This document shows, piece by piece, positions 1-12,900 of a stretch of 64,000 bases of DNA (positions within the stretch are counted from its first letter, which is position 1; each line of letters opens with the position of its first letter). A program made the position numbers and the translations under genes. A model generated the notes under the pieces. The model saw nothing but the letters and a program-made list of their open reading frames with translations, made no database searches and was not told where the DNA came from. The stretch comes from Octopus sinensis (taxonomy: Eukaryota): positions 25,668,001-25,732,000 of the forward strand of contig NC_043001.1 of assembly GCF_006345805.1 (NCBI RefSeq). The letters run 5' to 3'.

Positions 1-686
1 CCTTCGAACTTTAGGTCTCACTGAGGAAATGACTAGAGACCGAGACCTCTGGAAGTGTGCTGTGCGCGAGAAGACCCGGCAGGACAAGTGAGTCCACAAC
101 CCGTGGCCTTCTACATGGGATGGAGCCAGCCTACGTATGCATACCTTCCCTTCTTGGGACACAAAACTCTACTTGTGAAGACGTGTTGAGGCAAGTGAGG
201 ATCAGAATCGAAATCGATCAATGGAAATTGCGGATGTGCTACCAGTGCCGGTGGCATGTCGAAACTCTGCCTGTGAAGACCCATTGAGGCAAGTGAGGAT
301 CAGAATCGAAATCGATCAATGGAAATTGCAGATGTGTTACAGTGCCAGTGGCATGTAAGAGAACTTTCTGTTTCGCGACCGTTGCCAGCACCGCCCCGTT
401 TCGTGTCCGTTGCCAGCCTCGCGTGGCCCTCGTGCCGGTGGCACATAAAAAGCACCATCCGTTCGTGGCCGTTTGCCAGCTCTGTCTGGCACCAGTGCGG
501 GTGGCACGTAAAAAGCACCCACTACACTCACGGAGTGGTTGGCGTTAGGAAGGGCATCCAGCCGTAGAAACACTGCCAGATTTGACTGGGCCTGATGAAG
601 CCTTCTGGCTTCCCAGACCCCAGTAGAACCGTCCAACCCATGCTAGCATGGAAAACGGACGCTAAATGATGATGATGATGATGATG
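1..686 (+). mobile_element. 3' end of RTE-clade LINE with stem-loop-repeat tail and (ATG)n terminus
   Basis: Starts in the end of the RT ORF (LRTLGLTEEMTRDRDLW-like). Tail CCAACCCATGCTAGCATGGAAAACGGAC then (ATG)n at 667-686. The same tail recurs many times in the window. Confidence 0.8.
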
Positions 687-756
687 TTAATAAAGATTAG
701 TTAGTAACTGCAGAAATTATTTACAGACAACACAATAAGTGAATATTTTGATGTTT

Positions 757-762
757 TTTAAT
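757..762 (-). promoter_or_regulatory. Candidate poly(A) signal ATTAAA of nucleolin-like copy A
   Basis: CTGATTAAA context about 220 nt after the stop codon. It sits at the homologous position to ATTAAA 40421-40426 in copy B. Confidence 0.55.
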
Positions 763-984
763 CAGAGTAAGTGTTTACATACAATATCAGTAGTGCAAAA
801 ATTCATGGCTATATACAAGTGAAACCACATATGTAAAGAACTGAATAAAAGTGACTTTTCTGCAGTCACTGGATGTGGATGTGGTTGTGATTGAATGTAA
901 AAAAAAAAAAAAATCAAGACGATATCACCATCTAACACCCAATAACAACGGAAGCCACAGCTGTCTCATCCAAGATGTTAAATC

Positions 985-3900
985 TCATCTGTCGCTATCA
1001 CTATAAGTCCTTTTCTTACCCGTTCCTTTAAAAAAAACAAAACATGAAACAAAAATAAAATTGTTTTGACAATATTGCAATTAGGAAATAAATACTCAAT
1101 TATCTATCTCAAACTTCAAACTAAAATGCAAAACGAAAAAAAAAAAAAAAAAAAAATGGTTTATATACCAATACTGTTTCGTCCGCCACTATAACCTCTG
1201 TTTCGACCATAGCTGCTGCCGTAACCACCACCACCACTGCCGTAGCTTCCGCCGCCACCATAACCACCACCACCACCACCGTAGCCTCCACCGCTACTGT
1301 AGCCTCCACCACTACGTCTACTGCCATAGCCACCTCCGCCATAGCCACCACCACCACCACCGTAGCCACCACCACCACCATAGCCACCGCTACCATAACC
1401 ACCACTTCGGCCACCATAACCACCACTGCGACCTCCATAACCGCCGCCGCCGCCGCCACCACCACCGTAGCCACCGCCACCATAACCTCCACTGCGTCCA
1501 CCATAACCGCCACTGCGTCTTCCACCAGCATAACCTGCAAATAAAGTTAAAAATTCAGAAAACCATAGCTGTTGACTTTCATGAACAGGATTTCATCATA
1601 CTTATATTGGAACTAATAAAAACAAAAAATGAATTAGCCATCAACATTTCCCTGTGTAGACCCGACACCATAAATGACAACTTTATACTTAGACACCTAA
1701 ACTTATAAAGGTCTAATTATTTAAATATAATTTTAGTAATATGCAATATAGCCGAAAAGCTGCAGAAAAAATCCCGATAGACAATATTGCATTATACTGA
1801 ACACTTTGCCTATCACGTGTGTTACTGGTGATTCCCACAGTACAGAATTGATATAATATTTATTCTGTACTGCGGGAGTCACCAGTGACACTCCTGCTAT
1901 ACATCAATGTGGTAAGTTTATATAATGAACTGGAACATATACATATTACGGAGATGTACTTGCATAGCAAGTGATTTGATCTGAGATCGTGAGCTGGAAC
2001 AAAAACAATTGCAGCATGGAAGGTGTTTGTAAGCCATTTAAGAAACACACAAAAGCCGTTCGATTCACTTCAACATTTAAGTTTAATTTGTCAAAATATT
2101 TTTGTCAGTGAACAGGTTGCGGTCTTATAGCAACGAAAATATTTTGACAAATAAAACTTAAATGTTGAAGTGAATCGAACGGCTTTTGTGTGTTTCTTAA
2201 ATGGCTTACAAACACCTTCCACGCTGCAACATATACATAGTTAAAAAGAAATGTTTAAATTTATAATGAAACGAGGTTGCTGGTGCAAAAAGAAAATATG
2301 ACATGAAATGGGTTTGGTAGGCCAAGTGTCAGTCAATTTTACTCAAATGCACCTCATACATGATTGGTTTCTCCTCTTTTAAAATATCTGACAGAATGTA
2401 CTTTAACCCTTTAGCATTTAAACCGGCCATATCTGGCCAAAAGTATTCTGCCTGTTTTATGTTCAAAATGGCCAGATCTGGTCTCTCACACCAACCCTAC
2501 AATATCATTTTAAGAATTAACAGCTACCTCATCAAAATCTCAAAGCTACAAGATAATGCATGATTAGTTCAAAACAATGTGGATGAAAAAGCATTAATTT
2601 TGGCAGATTAATGCGGACACTAAAGGGTTAATATTTCATTCACAATAGGTCCTAACAAAATGAGATAAAATCAAAAGCTACTGTACCTCGATTTCTGCCA
2701 TCGTTGTCACCTCTGTTTCTTGCAAAACAGCAGGAAACAGTTCTGCCATCAATATCAGTACCATCATATTTGTTCAAAGCACTTTTGGCTTTTGATACAG
2801 ATTCAAATTCCACAAACGCAATTCTAAAATAAAAATTTTAAAAGATGGAAAATTCCACTTTGAAAATAATTCATTATACCAAAATCAAACAAAAAAATAC
2901 ACTATATCATGAACAAATGTTAACTTGCTTATAAATAACAAAGTCATTTTACACACCCTTTTGGTTTTCCTGAATCTGAAAATATTGGCATTCGTACAGC
3001 AGTAACATCTCTGAAATATGATCGCAAAGAATCTTCTGTTGTCTCATAGGATAGATTTCTCACTAGTAGCACATTGGATTCTTCAGGTTGATCTTAAATT
3101 GACAAAGAGGAAAGAAAATACATACATTAAAATTAAGTTAATTCAAAGTAAATCATTTAATTTCAATCCAAATTTCTATCAAATGAAAGTTTAATAAAGG
3201 AAATAAAATTACCATCTCTAAAACCTCTCCTTTGCCGTGAAGTACCTCCTGCATAGTCTAAGAACAATTTTCGGTCCCCACATTCGGTCCCCTGTTTGTT
3301 TTCAACGGCATCCTTTACTTCTTCAGCAGTATCAAACTCAACATAGGCAAACCTGAAGAAACAAAAACACACATATTACATTTAGGAAAAAATGTTTTTT
3401 ATATAAAACTTGCTTGTACCAACCCTTACTAGTTAAATTAATGTGCTTTTACATTTGCTAAATGAAAAAATTTGTATTGCAAAACACATCTGATACTACT
3501 GAAAAGAGAATATCTAAATATGTGACTGTCTAACTGGTAAGCATAATTTCAATAAAACCATCTCTGTAAACTTACCCTCTATGTGTATCTCTCTTGCATG
3601 GAATTCGGACATTTCGTGCATCAGGAAATATTTCCATCAGACTGTTCCTAATACTCTCTTCTGAATCATCATAGGACAAGTTCTTCACAAACAGTGATTT
3701 TGAATCATCTGAAAAAAACAAAACAAGAGTTTATAACTGAAATTATATTGTTCAGAGAACAGGAAAGGGCATTTTGTATAATTAACTCAAATGGTAACAG
3801 TGTATCTGAGACAACTCAAGTTTATCTATTCATACTGAAATCAAAATATTGATGTAAATTATTACTGCATTAGTATTAACTATTTCACTAGACAAACACT

Positions 3901-6900
3901 TGCCATGTACTGTCTGGCATTCTTATAATATGAATTGTATTCTCTAATTTTTTCTAAATCTTTATCTTCCTCTTATCTCCATAATGTATTATCCCTTTTA
4001 AAACTTTATAAGCTTCAGGTTTAGAAATAAAGAACCTGAAATTGAACAATTTTTGGAATGCAGTAGATAAAAAAAAAAAATGTAGCAAACATAGCACATG
4101 ACAGGTTGAACCAGATGCTTCAAATTACAAGGGTTTAAATAATGTCAGGCAGCAGTAGTGAATGCAATGATATCCAGAGTGAAACTTAAAATATTTCTCT
4201 TCCAAATTTTTTTAGAAGAAACCAGACTTCAGTCGGTTTTCTCAAAACTAAAAAAAAAACCCCACTGATTATTCACTTTACTTTATTCCATTTAAAAAGC
4301 TACATAGAATAACAGCAAAGATTAACTGCTATGCAAAACACAGCAATACATTTAATGGATAGAGCTTGTATATTGTCATACAAAGCCAGTCTAAACTCAC
4401 AAATATTTTAGAATTACATTCATACTCAGAGAGAACATAAACATACCCTTATCTCTGTCTGTTCTTTCTGGTTTTGATGCCCCCATGGGCTTACCCTTCT
4501 CAAATATCAATATAGATCCTTTATATTCCATATCCTGCATGGCTAGGACTGCATCAAGGTCATCAGGATTAGCTAAGTCGATATGTGCAAACCTATAAAA
4601 GAAGAATACAAAAAATAAAAAATGAATGATAAAGAAGTAGTGAAAAGCACAGAAAAACAGGCATAAAATGGGTAATAAATAAATCTAATACACACTTTTT
4701 ATTGTCTTGTTTACGGACAGATGCAAATTCAATTCCTTTCTTCTTAAGAAATTTCTCAAATTTCTCAGCAGTCACTTCCTGGGGAACATTTCTACACAGA
4801 ACTGTCACTGGTTCTATAATGGATTAGAAAAAGTATTATATTCAGTCTTCATAACTTAAAATCATTACTCATATGGAAAACATTTTAAATTAATCTCCAA
4901 CAACAAAAACTAATACATATTCTCAGGAGACAAAAATACACTTTTATTTACATTTCAACAACAATGCTGGGGGATTTTAATGGCATCGTACAAATATACA
5001 ACCCCTCAGCATAGGTTACTCAGTAGTGAGTTCAAGGTACAGGCATGAAAGAAACCAAGAAGCAAGCCAGTTTGGAAAAGAAGGATATGGAAGCTTAAGG
5101 ATCCTTTGAATAGTTAGAGATTTAGAGACATCCTAACTGAAACATTTAATGAGAAATAGGAGTTGCAGACTTGGGACAGTTTATTACTGGAAGTTCCTGC
5201 AAGGCAACTTGCTGAGAGCCACAGACCAAATTTATGGTTAGTGCAAAATCCCAACCAGACCTAGGTTAATGTGGTGATGGAACAGTGTAGTTGACAGGGC
5301 CATTAGAACAAAGAAACAGGCTTAGAAGGACTGGAAGTGTGGTGGTAGCAAGAAGCTACATCAGGCAGCTAGGAGGCAGGTATACTTAGCCAGGGGTGAA
5401 GCAGAAAGGAAAAAGCTTGCCAACGTTATGTAGCATAAGGGCCAGCAGCTTGAAGTGCTTTGGCTTGCATTGCAAGTCAGTGTGCCAGGGAAAATTGTGA
5501 TATTGTTGGAGAGAAGTGTATTCACATGGATGATGGTTCACATGCAACGAAAGAGGTTTGAAAGTGCCACTATGAAAGGCTACTAAATGTAGCAAACTTT
5601 CAGGAGGAGGATAGTCTACCTACTGTGGATACAACAGAGGGACCAGCAATCCAAATAGAGAGGAGCATGATAGATAAAGCCATGAAGAATATGAAGACTA
5701 GAAAAGCCCCCAACCTTTCAGGAATCACTGTTGAGATGCTTAAAATATCTGGCAGTATGGGTTATGGCTTAATCACCAGTATAGTTAATCAGGTTGTACA
5801 TGAGGGAGTCATACCTAAAGACTGGTGTAGCAGAATCATAGCCAACTGCTACAAAAATAAAGGTGATGCCTAAGACAAATAATTACAGAGAGGGTCATAG
5901 CCCAACTAATTAGGAAGAGAGTTAGTCTAGATAAGATGCAGTTTGATTTTGTGCCAGGGAGGAGCACCACCGGTGCTATATTTCTGGTAAGGTAGCTGCA
6001 GAAGTACCAATCCAAAAATAAACCTCTATACTTGACTTTTGTTGACATAGAGAAAGCTTTCAACAGGGACCCCTGCTCCCTTATCTGGTGACCAATGCAT
6101 AAACTAAGGATAGATGAGTGGTTGGTGAGAGCTGTACAAACTATGTACAGGGATGCTGTCAGTAAGGCGATGATTGACAACAAGTAATAGCAATGAATTC
6201 AGAGTACAAGTAGGGGTTCACCAAGGATTGGTGCTTAGCACCCTCTTGTTCATCATAGTCCTCTAGGCAATAACAGAGGAATTTAAGTCAGGCTGCTGAT
6301 GACCTTGTTCTTATAGCTGACTCACTACCAGAACTAGAAAAGAAATTTCGGATGTGGAAGCAAAGTCTAGAATCAAAGGGCCTTAGAGTTAATTTAGTAA
6401 AAACCAAAGTCTTAGTAAGTAGAAAAGAGGACAAATTACAAATCCCTTCAGGTAGATGGCCCTGCTCAATATGTAGAAAAGATGCAGGTAGAAACACTGT
6501 AAGATGTACCTGGTGCAAGCTATGGATACACAAGAGGTGCAGCAATATCAGAAGAAGGTTAACAGGGAAAATAGTATTTGTGCATGGCAGGTGCACCAGT
6601 ACAATAGACACTAAAAGTGTACAGAAAATAGATTCCATCAAATGGCAGGTGGGGGGTACCTAGAAGTAATTGATAGTTTCCCCTATCTAGATGACCAAGT
6701 CAGCAGTGGAGGTGGATGCTCCAAGAGCGTAGCTGCTAGAATAAGAATAGGCTGGGCAAAGTTCAGAAAGCTCCTACTTCTTTTGGTAACTAAAAGCCTC
6801 TCCCTCAGAGTAAAAAGCAGATTGTATGATGCTCGTGTGCAAACAGCCATGCTACACAGCAGTGAAATATGGGCTGTGACTGCTGAGGACATGCATGGGC

Positions 6901-9900
6901 TTGAAAGTATTGAAACTAGCATGCTTTTCTGGATGTGCAATATCAGTGTGCATGTATGATAGAGTGTGAACGTCTTGAGTGAAAATTTGGGCATGAAACA
7001 TCAGATGTAGTGTGTAAGAGAGACGACTGTGCTGGTATGGCCATGTGATGCATATGGATGAGGATAATTGTGTAAAGAAGTGCTGATCTCTGTGGAAGAG
7101 GTAGACTCAAGAAGACATGAGATGAGGTGGTGAAGCATGATCTTTGAACATTGGGCCTCACATCATCATTGTTCGACCGTGGTTGAGACAATGGAATTTA
7201 CCATGCTACGCCAGACTTCACAGTCCATCAGAGCATTACGGAGGTCCGGTTGCTGGATGCCTGTATCCCTGGAGATTACATCAGGGTAGGAGAGTGTGCG
7301 CCCTCACAGAAGCAGTGACAAGTGACCGAGACCTCTGGCGATATGCTGTGCTTGAGAAGAATTGTCAAGTCAAGTCAAGCCAAGTGAAATCATAGTCATG
7401 GCTGATGCTGGTGTCATGTAATTGACACCTGTGCCAGTGGCACATAAAAAGTACCCATTACACTCTTGGAATGGTAGGCATTAGGAAGGGCATCTAACTA
7501 TAGAAACCATGCCAAGTCAGACAGGAACATGGTACAGCGTTCCAGCTTATCAGTTCAAATCAAACTGTCTAACCCATGCCAGCATGGAAAGCAGATGCTA
7601 AATGATGATGATGATGATGAATACAAAGTTTCAAAATCACACAAAAATGCTGATGGATTACCAAAACTTCAGATCCAAGAGTCAATATAAAGAGTACCAG
7701 AATCAGATTTAGTTTACAGGATTGTCAAGTATTGGATGAATTTGATTTACAACCATCATCACCATCATCCTGATTATGAGCCACTGTCATTACTACAATC
7801 CCTGAACAAGGATGTGATACTTGCCATCATAAACAGTCATCATTATTGTTATTTCAAATTACATAATAAAATTTTGTATTATTTTATTGTTGAATGCTAA
7901 ACATAATTTATTATTAATTTGAAATTGCAATCAACCACTGACATACCTGACAATTTAACTATTTTTGTTTTTATTTTTAATTATTCATATATTATTATTG
8001 GCACAAACTGCTGAAGTGAGCACTGCTATATTTCAACATCTTCATTTAATGTCCATTTTCCATGCTGGCATGGGTTGGATGACTTGACAAGAGCTGGCAA
8101 TGCCAAAGGCTGCACCAGATTCCATAATCTGTTTTTGGCTCGGTCTCTATAGCTGGATGCCTTTCCTAATGTAAAACACCTTACAGAGTGCACTCGGTGC
8201 TTTTAAGATGGCACCAGCACTAGTGCTCTTTACATGGCTTAGCTACACATATAAAGTTCCACCATCATATTCCAGGGAATATGATTACTAGAATAATTAT
8301 TGATTCAAAACCTCAACACGTCATTGTTGATGTAAGAGTTAAAACTGAAATTATTTTATTTCTTAGTTGATACAGCCTCAGCCTACTTTCATAACAACCA
8401 AAAAAGATGCCAGCAGTAACTCCACAAACAATGTTGGGTATGAAATCTTTTTTTTATTAAAATACAGTATTTAGAAGTCAACAATACAAAATTTTCTCTA
8501 AGTAGACTTCATCATACACACACACTAATCTTTCAAATTTCAAAGCATCTTACCATCATCAACTTCCTTCTTACGCTTCTTGGCTTCTCTCTCACCTGGT
8601 GTAGTTAAAAAAGAAAGATTCTATTTCAAACTATTTAACAATGGAAACAAAACCATGTGCGTCATAATTATGAAATACTATCAAACATTCATAAACAGAG
8701 AAATTAAAGTATATTCAAATTTAACTTTATGTACAAACTGTACAAATTTATTTATAGTCAGCATATTAAACAGCATTATGTAAACATGTAGCAAACATTT
8801 TGAATATGCAACACCGATTGAATTAGCAAATAAAAAGTGATCAAACTGAGAGAAACTACTGAATAGAGAAAACAAGCTAACAGAAATAACTTACCATTAG
8901 ATTTTCCATTAGCTTTTGAATTAGGGGAATCATCTGGTTCTAAAGCAGAAGATGAGTTTTAGTTAAATATTAGAAAAGAGGGATATTTCTCAGTGATACT
9001 ATCTACCAAGATATAGTTTATTTTATCAGCAATCAGAATAAAAGACCATCATATACCTTCATTAGAATTTTCCTCGTTAGAATTCTCTTCATCAGAATGA
9101 CCTGACTCAGCAGCCGGTGTAGTATTTTTTACTGCTGCTTCCTCCTCCTCCTCCTCATCTTCCTCTGCCTCCTCACCTTCATTGCTCTCACTCTCCTCAT
9201 CTTCAACACTTCTCTTCCCATCTGCCTCACTGTCGCCAGATTCTTCATCTCCTTTTGCTGCATACAAAACAAAGACAGACAACATTGAAGACTGAATCAG
9301 TATAATGTATTCAAGGCAAAAAATCCACTGTCTTACAATACTGGTATCACTTTTAAACTACAACAGTCTACAAAGTAATGCATTGTATTTCACATATCAA
9401 AACACATTGATATGATTTACAACAGCCATATTCCTACCACTCTATGTCACGCTGGTGAGACCCATATTGGAGTACGGGATTCAAGCCTCTACTCCTTATT
9501 TCCTCAAAGACATACATCATCTTGAAAGAGTCCAGAAGCTGGCTACTCGCATGGTTCTTGGTCTCAAGCATTTGTCTTATGAAGAAAGGCTGAAGACACC
9601 CGACCTTTATTCTCTTGAAAAACGCCGCCGCTGTGGTGATCTCATTCTCGCTCACAACATCATAAGCGGGAAGTGTAACCTCTTGAAAGAGCTGTTCTTC
9701 ACACCTGCTCTAGAGTGTGGGCTGCGGGGTCACTCCTAAAAGCTCTATCTACAACAATTTCATCTCAATCGAAGGAGAGGGGCTTTCTCCGTCCGGGTTG
9801 CAGATCCGCGGAATAAGCTGCCGGATGAGATAGTGAAGATGCCGACGACTGCTCGGTTCAAAGTCTCTCTTGACCAGAAATGGCCTGAACTCTTTGTATG

Positions 9901-12900
9901 ACCACCCTCCCTGTACATAACTTCCTGTCCCCCTACATGGCCTTGCTCTTTGTATGACCACCCTCCCTGTACATAACTTCCTGCCCCCCTACATGGCCTT
10001 GCTTTTGCTTTTTGAGCCAATAAAAATTGAATTGAACAAATCCAAATTACGAAAAAATATCTAAATGTGTGGGAAATTCAATTAGCAGGTATGACTATAT
10101 TATCAAGCGATTCAATTTTCACTTGCTTAGCTTCATCTCACTGTGAGTCACTTAAGTGTCATCTACCGTAGTCTTGGGTAGAGAGAAGCTGTATTAGAGA
10201 AACTGGACAAACTGAAACTTGTGTGACCTGGTTTAACACCAGCAGAATTCACTCTACTAGAAGCAATTGGGATAACTTTTCTTGACCAGCCCCTGAAGCA
10301 CTAAAAAAAAAGCCACGTAGACTGTTCTTGGAAAATAAATACAAATAAATAACACAATATCTTTCAGTAACTGTTTCCTATCCTACTTAAATGTTTTATA
10401 TCAGTCTGAAACTCTAATGGTGCATGAGAAAATGTTTGTCATTAAGCCAGGACATATTGCAAAATTATGAATGAGTGATTGAAATACAAATATCTTAACC
10501 TTTTCATTACCAACCTGCCTGAAACAGCCTCCGGCTCTGTAGTACAAATGTATTGTTTTCGTAAGTTTTGAATTAAAATCTTCCACCGAACCTTTAACAC
10601 TAGCTTAATGATAACTAAGTTATTTTACTAAATTCTTTGTTATATTTAACCCTTTCGTTACCAACCCAGCCAAAACCGGCTCTGGCTCTGTAGTACAAAT
10701 GTCTTGTTTTCATAAGTTTTGAATTAAAATCTTCCACCAAACCTTTAACACTAGCTTAATGATAACTAAGTTATTTTACTAAATTCTTTGTTATATTTAA
10801 CCCTTTCGTTACCAACCCGGCCAAAACTGGCTCTGTAGTACAAATGTCTTGTTTTCATAAGTTTTGCATCAAAATATACCACCAAACCTTAGTCGCAATT
10901 TATATTCCTAACACTAGCTTAATGATAACTAGGTTATTTTACTAAATTCTTTGTTATATTTTAAATAATTGAAAGAAACACAGAGCATCTTAAAATAAAT
11001 ACAATAACAAAAGGGTTAAAGTAATTGAAAGAAACACAGAGCATCTCAACAGAAATATGGTAACAAAAGTGTTAACCAAATCTTACCAGGTGAATCGTTA
11101 TTTTGTTTTACCACATTAGCATTTGTAGCTTCTGCAACTTCCTAAAAAAAAAGAAAGAAATCAAAAAAATTATATATAAAACAATAAAAATTCATATAAA
11201 GAAATCATTTTTTAAAAATCAACAGAAACATCTGGCACAATGAGTCTGTCGACAGGTTGCAAGCAATTGCACCAACTTTTGTAGAAAATTAACATCAAGC
11301 CACTCATACTCTTCCTGCTAGGTTAAAAAATTTAGAGCTACTACATCATCATCATCATCGTTTAACGTCCGCTTTCCATGCTAGCATGGGTTGGACGGTT
11401 CAACAGGGGTCTGGCAAGCCCAAAGGCTGTACCAGGCCAGTCAGATCTGGCAGTGTTTCTACAGCTGGATGCCCTTCCTAACACCAACCACTCCGAGAGT
11501 ATAGTGGGTGATTTTATGTGCCACCGACACAGGTGCCAGACGAGGCTGGCAGACGGCCACGCTCGGATGGTGTTTTTTTATGTGCCATCGACACAGGTGC
11601 CAGACGAGGCTGGCGAACGGCCATGATCGGATGGTGTTTGTTACGTGCCCACAGCACGGAGGCCAGTCGACGCGGTACTGGCTACGGCCACGTTCGGATT
11701 GTTATCTTATGTGCCACCGGCACTGGTACCACAAGGATACAAATTCCATTGATGTTCATCTATTTTGATTTGGTTTGATTTAATAGTTAAATCTAGAGAG
11801 AGTATAGAGATGCTAAAGTGTTGTAAATATGATCTAAGAAGGAATGGGGTCTCAGCCTGCTTCCTTAGAAGCAAGGAACACAGGTACAAATTCCCCTGGG
11901 TTAGTAGCAGCAATGATGTGGGTGGAAAAGGCATGTTGTTGGCAGAGAAATGTATTGATAAAATAACTGAGCCACAGAATATGTAATAGAATAATTAAGT
12001 TAAGTTTTGTCTTGGACAATATGAGAGACAGTTATCTCTGTATATACCCTACAATCAGTTAATAGATGAACAAAATGGCCGGTTCTGAGACTCTCTTATA
12101 GAATACCTCAATAGTGAATGACTAACCAGCTTATAAAAGCTGGTGATGTTAATGAATATGTTGGCTAATACATGTCTTTTGTGGCTATGGTTATTGTTGA
12201 AGTAATAAGAAAGAATCAAGGCCTTGGAATTCTGTGACACTGATGACCTAACAATTTGCTAACACCAACATCATGAAGAGGACCAATCAGGTGAATACAT
12301 AAACTAAATTGATTTCATGCCTCCCTGGAAGTGGGACAGGTTGTTGTGAAAAATGTAATACCTAACATAGACAAGTACTCGGAGTAAGAGCTAGGAAAAC
12401 TCATAGCATAAGCCAACTTGAAGATGTAGACACTTAAAGAGCCAATGACCAGTCATAGGTTCAGAGAAGTGCTGGACACCTACCTACAATAGGGGATAAT
12501 AGAGTACCTATGACACAAAATGCTGAGGGATACAAACTAGATCTGTGGCTGGTGTAAGCTTATAGCTAGATAGGTGATATACTGGTGGAATATGGAATAC
12601 TGTAGATACTTGAAACTAAGAAACAGATCTGGAAAAATTGCAGGAAAGAGACAACAAAGAGCAATACCAAGCAACCGGAAGAGAAGCTAAACATCAGATA
12701 TTCAGAGCTGAAATAAAGAGGTTTACAGAGGTTCGGGAATGTGAAGTCTTTCAGATTAGAAGGTAGTATATGAGAGAAAATCAAGATGTCATTGAGAAAC
12801 GTATACAAAATGATAATGGTACACTTACTCTAAATGAAATGGAAAGAGGCAAAAAAGTACAATTGTAAGAGACTGTTTAATGCAGAGAATGTACAGGAAA

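Noticed and set aside
1121-1540. 139-aa Val/Ala-rich ORF in the track (also 39851-40090)
   Set aside because: These are out-of-frame readings of the Gly-rich exon 13; splice phases fix the Gly frame.
1555-1599. C/D snoRNA candidate on the minus strand (ATGATGA...CTGA) in copy A intron 12
   Set aside because: Only 45 nt from box C to box D, weak terminal stem, no recognisable rRNA guide, and not conserved in copy B.
2403-2631. MITE in intron 12 of both paralogs as a shared pre-duplication insertion
   Set aside because: This copy is nearly identical to the one at 34280-34494 but clearly diverged from the one at 38690, so independent insertions are more likely.
8895-8939. Tandem acceptors 6 nt apart at copy A exon 5
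   Set aside because: Both are in frame and change only two residues; this cannot be resolved without transcripts.
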